A DNA stretch of 64,000 nucleotides, from contig NC_090598.1 in the NCBI RefSeq assembly GCF_000497125.1, positions 1,488,001-1,552,000 on the forward strand, in the 5' to 3' direction. Below are positions 54,401 through 64,000 of this stretch, piece by piece. The position numbers and the translations under genes were made by a program. The notes under the pieces are model-generated. The model was not told where the DNA came from. It did no database searches and saw nothing but the letters and a program-made list of their open reading frames with translations. Each line of letters opens with the position of its first letter. The first letter of the stretch is position 1. This stretch comes from Spironucleus salmonicida (taxonomy: Eukaryota).

Positions 54401-55890
54401 GCTTTACTATCAGATTATTTAATAAATCCTTAAATATTAATAATTCTTTATTAAAATCTGATATCTTATTAAACTGAAGTAGTAGAAATGCTTTTTTTAA
54501 TAATATAATTATTTAAAGAAAAGTTTCTACATCTAATAATTTGTGACCAGAAGTAAAAAATTTCGTACTAGCATGATGCTTAATCATGAATATATACCGA
54601 TTTCCATGCTTTTTCTAACTGTGATATTTTAAATGATACTATTATTCTTGCGTATTTCTCTAAAGTTTTAGATTAATATCTCAAAAGTTCTAATAAAACT
54701 GAAAGTTTATTTCCTGTATGGCTAAGAAAATATACTAAATTTTCAGTATCATTATCATATAAGTAATCTAATAACGTAAATTTAAATTCTGTAAAATTTA
54801 GAATTGAAGTGGATTCTTGAGAAATATGGTTCTGATCTTTATGGAACTATTTCCAACATTTTAATGCTGCTTTTAGTCTTCCAACATTAAATATTGCACT
54901 AATTATTAGACCTTGACGAAGAAATGCAATTCTAGAATCTTTAATTCTTTTAAGTTTAGAAAAACATTTATATTTCATTGTAAACTCCTCATCATAGTTT
55001 TTGAATAAAGTACCTTTATATGTTTATTTATAATAAGGTTTGCTATCTAATTATGGATCAATTATTTTTTAGGTATTATCATTAAGTATAAAATGATTTG
55101 CTTTAATAGCAGTTTTAGAGTTAATAAAAATATCTTAATTTAAAATTTAATAGCAAGACCTTATAAAAAATTCTAAAACTGTTGATCTTTATGTTGCAAA
55201 AATGCTTGCAACAAGTCTTAAATCTTAACATGTATTTAAATTAACTTTAAATTTTTTAATCGAAATAGATTATCTAAAGTTTTTATAAAATTAATCAGCG
55301 ATCTAGTTTCTGTCTGCTTTATTCTATATAAATTTTCTCCACTTGATATAATTATACCGTAAACACATATAACGACCAATAGACAGTTAATACCAACCAT
55401 CAAATGACTTTACAAATAGTTTATTAAATAATACTTTCATAGCCTTTCGTCGAAATAGTTTAAGTTAATATGCATTAATAATTAAAGAATATGTCGGTAC
55501 AGTAAGGGAAATAAAAAATATTTTTAATTTCAATATTTAAATTCCTTGTAACTTTACATTAAGATAAGCTTCATAGTTAATAATTAAATATGAAATCTAG
55601 AACTATTATCTTACAGAATGCATTAACTACTCAAAGTTTATATTAAATTCTTAAGTTCGAGTTTACTGAATAAATTATTATCGAAAAACTACTTTATATT
55701 TCATAAATTAATAAAAATTAGCCATAAATCTTTAGTTGTACCGCTTATTTAGATATAAACCTAGACGTAAAATATGAACTCTTTATGAATATATAAACAT
55801 TAATTTTCTATAATATATTCTTAAAAAATAGTATTTTGCTTGAAATTCTGATTTTCGTATCTTAATAAAGACTCTCATTTGTTAAAGCAT
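51475..55890 (-). CDS. Large hypothetical protein (~1470 aa) with Sfi1-like F/L-x-x-W helical repeats; start uncertain
   Basis: Ends AAG-TGA; same frame wherever spot-checked; KSFDGW, ALKCWK, EKAWK, IFYFW. Confidence 0.5.
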
Positions 55891-56431
55891 ACTATTTATA
55901 TATTTTTTAAAAATTTTTTAATATTACTTTTATTATATTATCTTAAATGAATAGGATAAATTTTAAATATAAGACACAAATTTAAAGGATCTTCTAAGTT
56001 ATGAGATATAAAGATCATATAGCTTAAATAACACTCTTTATTTTCTATAATATTATTATATTTAAAGACAAGCTTTAATATCAAAATTATATATTGTATC
56101 TAAGAAAACATATTCTTAAATTTATTTTAATGATACGTTACGTTACTTTAAAGGTGATTCCTATCTTAATGGTTAATATACAACAGTTACACCTAATTTA
56201 CAATTATACTTTTTTAACTTTTACACAGAAGCCTTTTGTGAGTTATAACATAAATAGCTCATTTAATTTTTATTATTATATACTATAATATTTGGAAATA
56301 TATATTAATTTAATATATAGTTTATAATTATTAGAAGTAATATCTATAATAAATCAATTCTACAATCACTCGTGGATAATAATTATATACTATAATAAAA
56401 TTAACGAAAATAAATTGCCACTCCACACAAT

Positions 56432-56710
56432 ATGGCCGATAAAGCTGATAAAGGCAACTCTGGTAAATAAGAGAAAATGTAATAATTAAACGATAAGTTT
56501 AATCAACTTGCACAGTAAATAGAATCTATATAAAATGTTGATGATGCAATGAAAATTTATGATATGTAGTGTGATATGATTAAGAAGTTAAAGTAAAAGA
56601 TTGATGCTCTTGAGGATAATATTGTTGTAAAAATTCCGAAGCAACTTAAGGTAATGTATGAAAATTAATGTGGTTTATAATAGAAAATTGATAGCCGTAA
56701 ATAAGAGTGA
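56432..56710 (+). CDS. Small coiled-coil hypothetical protein (92 aa)
   Basis: C-rich upstream tract, ATG GCC GAT..., ends GAG-TGA. Confidence 0.7.
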
Positions 56711-56720
56711 TCTAAACCTT

Positions 56721-57200
56721 TCAGAGTGAAAACTTTTTCATCTTTTTATATCTTTGTGAACGTGCAGTACCAACAAAATATATATTATCATGAACCCAAT
56801 CTATTTATTTTTTAAGAATAAACATACATCTATTATCGCAAAAAATCGCCAAATGAGTAGGTGTTTCTTAATAAATTCTCCCCGAAATACCAACTAATCC
56901 TGGTATTTTAGATCTTAAAATCTATATCTTAGCACCTGTAAGTTCCATAAACTATGATGGTGTTTGCTTTATTCTTTGAAATAACTCAGCTAATTTATCT
57001 GCATCTTATTTGCTTATTTCAAATAAAGAAGTATTAATTTTGAAATCAAGTAACTTTTTATTCTTTATTGAACTCTTATTTGAACCAGCTTAAACCATAG
57101 TACTAGATATAATTTTTTTAATGAAATCATCTGATACTGACAGATTCTATTATAAAACTTCACTTTATTGCTATTTAACTTAATATGAGACACCTGTCAT
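56721..57200 (-). CDS. POP4: RNase P/MRP subunit Pop4/Rpp29 (159 aa)
   Basis: ELTGAKIQILRSKIPGLVGISGRIYQET..FILK..KKF. Confidence 0.75.
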
Positions 57201-57220
57201 TTTTAAATATAATAATATAC

Positions 57221-60127
57221 TCATTATATATCTGGTATAATTTTGTTAATTTTATGATTAACAAACGGTAAGCCATTATACTAAAGAAGTTGAAATTAGC
57301 TTGATATAGGTTCAAGATATATATTTTATTTTGGATTTTTATATAACGCTAACAAACTATTCTTGATTTCTGGATTCGTAATAATAAGATTAAATTTCGC
57401 GATTTGTAATAATATTTACTTCTCAATATCAATTTCATTATTGATAATTAAATGGTGTGTTTAATATTGTAATCTATCATTAACTATTATACCTCTTTAT
57501 ATAATTTTAAAATTTTATTAGGAAAAAATTTCTAGACGAAAAATAGTTTTTTAATCAAGTGGGTATCCACGTAATTATGAAATAAGAGTATTTGGTGTTT
57601 ATTCACTATTTATAGTATTAATATAAAATCCATTAACTGCTTCTACTGCTAGTATGAGATAATTTTTTTAACTAAACATTGTATCTAACACATTGATTAA
57701 ATGTATAAGTTGTATTTAAACATATTTCATTAAGTCTGAAATATTAATTTAACCTATACCTTACTAAAACCAACAGATTAAGTCTACAAGTGGAAATCCA
57801 AAAACAGAAACAATTGTTCTAACTGGTCTTAATTACTATAATAGTTTTTTATCAATAATTGGTATTCGATAATAAATTAATATGTCTTTATATCGGTCTT
57901 CAACTTCTTTAGTTTTAATTATTTGATCCATATTTTTTGGTTAAAAAATTTAAAGAAAAGAATGATTCGTTTACACTGATAATTAGCTTATAGATTAACG
58001 CGAATAATTAATTATATTTTAAATAGAATCTTCTAAAATAGAATCTGATAAAGTTTAAATAGAATTTATATATTGCTTACCATCAATTCTCATATTTGAA
58101 TAAAGGAGAATATCTTTATAAGGTAAGAATATCTGATAAGTATTAAAAACATCTAAACTATCCAAATATACAATTAACAATTATGATAGCGATTAAAAGC
58201 TATCAGTTTTTCTAACTTTAATATTAAATATAGGTAATTTTACTTAAGATTACTTGATAAAATATTATTAACGTTGTGATATTTACTAATCACCTAAAGA
58301 AGAATACAAAGACCTAAGTGATTTTCTTTACAATTTTAACTAAAGGTTAAAATCTGTTAAAGGAGCAAATGTTAAATTAACATACAGTTACTCTAAATTA
58401 TTAAGCTATGTTATGCTATTAACATAATGAATATAATTTATTTCATATTAGGTTACAATATTTACTTCTTAAACACTATCAAGATCTTACTTTGACTCTG
58501 CAACTATAATCTACTAGTGATAAGAACTAATTTCATTATATGGCTTTAATTTTCCATCATAATAGAAATAAAAATTCATTTAGCACTATTTTTTATTATT
58601 AAAAAATTAAATAAACTAATATGAACTATTAAAAAATCCTACATATTTAATAAGATCATTGTTGCTCATTCCAGGTTAAAATATCCTAAAAATATTATCT
58701 GAGCAATTTTCAGTCATAATAATTGTTATTTCTTATCCCTAGTTAATTAAACTAATTGGGTAATGTCTGCTGAATAATGATGGAACTTGAAATATTTGTT
58801 AATTATTTATTACAATGATAAAAGTTTTCTATTCGAGAGAAGTATTCAAAGACTATTACTTATTGATAGTAATATAAGTTCCTGGGTATTTGATAATATT
58901 ACAAAAATTTATAGACTCATCTTACAAAATATGTATTCGTAACATATTATTTTTATTTGACATCTTTAATTACTCCTTTATCTTATTTATATTATTATAA
59001 TTTAAATTTGTACACTATTTAGTGTTAATTGATTGATTTTAATATAAAAACAATACTGGAGTTTCTAATTTTTAATTCCCTAATAGTAAAATGTTTTATT
59101 CATCAATTAACTTTACTATATTGTCATTAATCAAATGCCATTATTTACTACTTTAAATATAAACTTAATAATGACCACTTGTAGCAGTACCAATATGAGT
59201 TATTATTGCCATTAAATTATAATTACAATTATTTATTTTCATTTCCATATCAAAGATTAAGCAATCATTATTTTTGTACATTTGCTATTAATCTATATTA
59301 TAATAAGCTCTTTGTGGTGTTATCATTAAAAGTTCATTTGTTTTAACATAATCATGTTCTTTTATTAATGATTATACTGCTTATTATAAACTCTATGTCG
59401 GGTTTATATTAGTTCGCATAAAATTATCAATATCATCAGAACAATTATTTTTAACAAACTATATCTAAAATTATAATAATTCGAGGTTATCTAATTAATG
59501 AAATACGTATCCCATTAGTAAATAGAAAAACTCTGTTATATCTTGCTATTATCCATCTAATTATAATTGGCTAATAATTTAACTTGTGTTAATTTTAAAA
59601 TTTTAATTAATTTACTAAAGTTCCAAATATTCTGTATATTGGAGATATATTTACAATAATAACTCCGATGTTTTATTTTTTTATTCAAAAAAAATATGAA
59701 ACTCGTCAAAGTTAAATAATAATTATAAAATACAATTGAAGTAACAAAAATTAGACTTATTATAAAGACCTACTGGGACTTTTTAGCAATAAAATGGTTG
59801 TAATTAAAACTAGATAAGTTTTTGCTGCTTAAATAATAATTAAACATTTGATGCTAAGATAGCTTGCTTTTAATGGGCATAAATTTTCCTAACAAGATGT
59901 TCTTCCTAAAAATCTACCGAAAATTAAGAAATTTGAAAATAATTTATTTACAAACTAAGCGGAATAAAACTAATATAAATTTACTAATTTATAATAAGAA
60001 CCTAAAATATAATACAACTAGAAATTTCAACTTCTGGTGAGTATATAGTATAAGTTGGGTCAATGTCAATATTCCAATTAATAGTAAAGCTATCATTTTA
60101 ATTTTTAATAAATTAACATTAATTCAT
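57221..60127 (-). CDS. Ubiquitin-specific protease (C19), 968 aa
   Basis: Frame read line by line with no TGA. Cys box GLYNKSNFCYFNCILQ, QQQDITEF, His box YNLMAIITHIGTATSGHY..WHLIND. Confidence 0.9.
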
Positions 60128-60170
60128 TCCTACTTTATATTAGTTTTATATATTATATTATATAGTGAAA

Positions 60171-60623
60171 ATGGACTAAGATATAGCGATAATTACTAGT
60201 CATTTATAGAAATAGTATAACCTTTAAGAATCACATGCGGGATAAATATTAATGGATTTTACGAAGTCAAAATAAACTCATTCAGAACAAATACGCTAAT
60301 TCTATGAAACAAATCCACATATTCCTTTAGAGACATCTTTGTCTTATATTTCCTCAAAAATATTATCATTTATTGATCATATTCAGACTTAAATTTAGTA
60401 ATTATTTGCCTCTAAAGACCCAGATATAACTATTCTCTTAAAGAAACAAGGTAAAAATGTTTTAACTAAACTTTTAGCTACGGGCGAGGCAACACTTTTA
60501 TAGTATTAAAAAATTTCACTAGAAACAGATTTTGATTTACTATAAAGGATTATATTAGATCTTTTCATTAAAAACCTAGAATTGTAAGATCTATCAATTT
60601 TGTCTAACTTTGTGAGAAATTGA
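60171..60623 (+). CDS. Hypothetical protein (150 aa)
   Basis: Open ATG-to-TGA frame between flanking genes. Confidence 0.65.
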
Positions 60624-60627
60624 TATT

Positions 60628-61617
60628 TCACTATCTCCAAATAAATGAATTAAACACGTTTTGGGCTAATATCAATGCACCAGTATATTCTGCTGGAATT
60701 TCTAGAGACATTGCCACTAATATTACATTTTAAGCTGGAGAGTCTTATAATTAATTACAGGCTAAGTTATATAGAAATGCGGCATTTAGGCACTAAAATA
60801 TTGCATTATCTGTATTCGATGAGTTATTCATAAACCAGGCAATTATAAGCTCTAAATAAGGAATTAACTAATCTGGATTATAGTAAATCATTTATTTCTT
60901 TGGATGTTTGCCGTCTATTTTATAGTCATTAACGTTAAGCATAACCTCAAAATCTTCTTCGAGATCAGATTCAATCCCATGAAATGCACTAGAAACACAT
61001 TGAATTTATTTGGCATTTAATTCCTAAAAATTATTAAAATTTACAGTCAGCTATCCGTTAAAATAAGTTAAAATTTAGTTAATACCAATTCTTAGCAAAG
61101 TTAAAGGTATTACTGAATTAGTACGCCTACCAAATGATCCTGCAAAGTAATATCCTTTTTCTATCATACAAATCTTTGGCAATAATATTAAAAAAATATC
61201 TTCCTAATTTTCTGGAATTGGGCCTATTTACTATAGACCTTCAATTGGTCTAAAAGTAGATATCATTGCTTAACATGTTTGATCGTATGCTTCAGCTTTT
61301 AATGAATCTAGTTTCAAAAAATATTTTTAAGAGTGTGAATGAACTTAAACAGCGGATCTGGTCTCTATTTAAGTTGCTATTTCTTTAGCTTTTTAACGCC
61401 CAAGAATTCTAGCTGCCTATACGAAACGTCTATGTTCATCAATTGACCATGCTGATCGCTTGATTGTTGATGCTGTTGAAGCATCATTCTATGTATTAGT
61501 AGCCTGCTATACTTGTTATAAAATATATTCAAACTACTCAACACGACTTGTAAGTTCAGCTATAATTGCATTTAAGCGTTCTATCTCTAGTCTATAAGTA
61601 ATAGTTTCGTCTTACAT
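60628..61617 (-). CDS. SHAQKYF-class single-repeat Myb protein (329 aa)
   Basis: WSIDEHRRFVQAARILG..TRSAVQVHSHSQKYF, with the Gln of AVQV and SQKYF encoded by TAA. Confidence 0.9.
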
Positions 61618-61722
61618 TATTTATAAATGATTTATTATGAAATGTTATTTAAATACAAATTATCTATTTTATAGATAAAGAATTTCATATGTTATATATT
61701 AATAAATATCACTCATAGAAAA

Positions 61723-62877
61723 ATGTAAAATCTATAGCGTATTCATTATAAGCGATCATATGAGTAAATGCTTATATAATTGCCAATCTGCAATTAGTAG
61801 TTAATATTATAGGTAAAAAATCATTTAAAGGATATATTTGATCTTCTTTTGTAGCCAATATTAGATAATTAGAAACTTTAGTATAATTTAAACTTTTTGG
61901 GATAATATCTTACTTAAAATTCTATTTTATTGAATTTTTCGTGTCCATAAGAAATAATATAACTTTCTTTGTAACTTTTAATGAACAGTTAACTAACTTA
62001 GGACTCATTGTCAATTTTAATATTAGTTTTATCTTAGTGTAGTACCATTTAATATAAATATTCTAACGAAATTATCAATTCAGATTTACTCAATCTATTG
62101 CATAGTAAATAAAATAATTTTCAGTTTGATGCATTGTAAGCATATTGCAAGTTGTTGTTTAATTTACTAAATGATTTTAAATAGATTGAGAATATTGCAT
62201 TTTAATTTTTGCAGTAAAATTATGAAAATACAAGATTAGCAAGTCTGTATTCTTGGGCATTATATATTTTTTCTAAAAGTTATAGTTACGAGTACCATGA
62301 AGGGTTATTCAAACTTATTTCTAAGTTTTTATAGAAAAATTCAATTCGATTTCAAATTTCATTTAGTTTAAGCATACCTAGATAAGATAAAGTTATTAGC
62401 TTTATTTCATCTACTTTTATTAATATTGTTAAATAATACGGTGCTTAGATATTTAGTATATATTAATTATTACCATTAATTTATAAATTTTTGTATTTTA
62501 AGTAAATATAAGTGTAGACAATAGTACTTATCAGTAATATTGTAATAGAGTATGAAAAGTTAAATATACACGAGCTATAATAATATCTTTCGGAATTAAT
62601 TTTAACAAGAAATTATGACTTAACTATTAATGCATTAAATTTAATTAAAGTATCATTAGAGTATGATATCCCAATTAATTTATTTGAATTCCTCTTTGAC
62701 CAGCTAAATTTTATTACAAAAGAGGATTAATTAGATTGTATTTTAAGTATATTTGAGTATTCTAGCATCTAACTAAATAAATAATAAGTATAAGATACTG
62801 TTTATAGTCTTAAAAAAAAATTTACAAGCTTATAAAATAAGATTGAAAAGTTCTATAAACAAAGCAAACAATAATGA
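61723..62877 (+). CDS. Hypothetical protein (~384 aa)
   Basis: ATG and TGA in frame; fills the gap between neighbours. Confidence 0.6.
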
Positions 62878-62878
62878 A

Positions 62879-63568
62879 TCAATTTTCTTCCACTTCATCA
62901 TCACCAAACTACCCTCCGATCAAATTAGCTACCACTAATGCTGCGATTTTTCTGTCAGAATCTTAGCACGTTTTTAACATTCCTTATAACCCCTCAATAA
63001 GAATAAATGCATTGGCAAAATCTTCCATATTGTCATTTTCTTAATTTTTAAGATAAGACTAAACCTTTATTACTTCAAATTTAATAGTTTCATTTTAAAT
63101 TTATTGAATTAAATTATCAATATCCATTGCTTCATTTTATTCCTAATCTAATTTTATAACTGATTTCTTAAGATTCGAATTTTCTAATTTAGAAAAATAG
63201 GGCCAAGCAGTTTGCATAATAAGTTCTGCCAACTCATCAAAATCTAAAACATAATCAAATATATTATCATTGAAATCATAACAACCGTCTTCTCCACTCT
63301 TTACCAATGCAGCAACAAATTATAAAGATTCTGAGTCAGATATCTTAAAATCCTCTGTTGGTTTTTAAAGGAAAATACATGCCTAAAATTTCAATGCTTC
63401 TAATGAACTAGCTACTTAAAAATTTAAATTAGTTTCGAAGTATTTATTTTTAACAGTTATTGTTGACAAATTTGATTCAATATAATAATTTCCAAATTTA
63501 AACCCGCTAATTAGCTATTGAGTAAACTTTTACAATTCTTTACAACCAATAACTGCCACTTAATTCAT
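62879..63568 (-). CDS. Alpha/gamma-adaptin-binding protein p34 (AAGAB/Irc6)-like (229 aa)
   Basis: TITVKNKYFETNL, LIMQTAWP and C-terminal EDFANAF..DRKIAA resemble p34 motifs by recall; start uncertain. Confidence 0.5.
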
Positions 63569-64000
63569 TAATTAATAACTAATCTAATATAAATAATATT
63601 TATAAATATTATTTTTAATTATAGTAATAATGCCATAATGTAAAAAAATTAGAATTATTAACTTCACTGCTTTTGATGATTTGCAATAAGTCCTTATTAG
63701 TTATAAAAATGACATTTAATAACATTAATTTGGTATATAATCAGATAATACACCGTTTTGTGATGTGCAGTTTTATTATTCAGGATAATTAAAGGCATTT
63801 GCCACTAGTTAACAGATATTTGATTTTTATCCTATAATTTTTAAAAATGAAGTGCTACCTTATAAATTATATCCACTATATACCACTTGTTAAATAAAAA
63901 GATTAGAGTTTAAGTTAGTTTTTCCCTCAATTACGTGCATAAGATAAGTATCAAAATCTGCTTATATAGTAGAACTTACAAACTGTGAAGACGCAAATAT

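Noticed and set aside
16900-64000. Ciliate origin, or a non-coding AT-rich desert
   Set aside because: With TAR=Gln the region is tiled by long intronless ORFs. The H4 tail and C-terminus are Giardia-like, not ciliate-like.
63620-64000. Partial minus-strand gene at the window end
   Set aside because: Two frames are open and neither is recognisable; the frame cannot be chosen.

Overview
Eukaryotic, intron-poor, very AT-rich DNA that reads TAA/TAG as Gln, leaving TGA as the only stop. The supplied standard-code ORF track is therefore fragmented. The H4 sequence, genetic code and gene content point to a hexamitine diplomonad (Spironucleus/Hexamita/Trepomonas type); the species cannot be determined from the window. 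Bases 1-~16.7 kb are a GC-rich tandem array of histone H4 genes with a 1585-bp unit: five intact copies and two interrupted by a ~3.6-kb non-LTR retrotransposon (zinc fingers, RT, CCHC knuckle, restriction-like endonuclease, poly(A) tail). Both copies share the same 3' junction. In the complete copy the element has no 5' UTR and no target-site duplication; it replaces 7 bp of H4 and is fused in frame to the H4 start codon. The result is one 1186-aa ORF (3966-7526) starting with the 13-aa H4 tail, so the element appears to target H4 and borrow its promoter and ATG. The array spacer also carries inverted, ACG-started copies of the H4 tail, one of which ends at the insertion codon. The remaining ~47 kb is densely packed single-copy genes: RPS2, BBS4-like, two Myb proteins, an FeFe-hydrogenase/Nar1-like protein, Pol5/MYBBP1A-like, a 5059-aa degenerate dynein heavy chain, gamma-COP, CFAP73/CCDC42-like, LRR-PP2C, POP4, a USP, AAGAB-like and hypotheticals. 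All translations were done by hand; the longest ORFs were only spot-checked for internal TGA.
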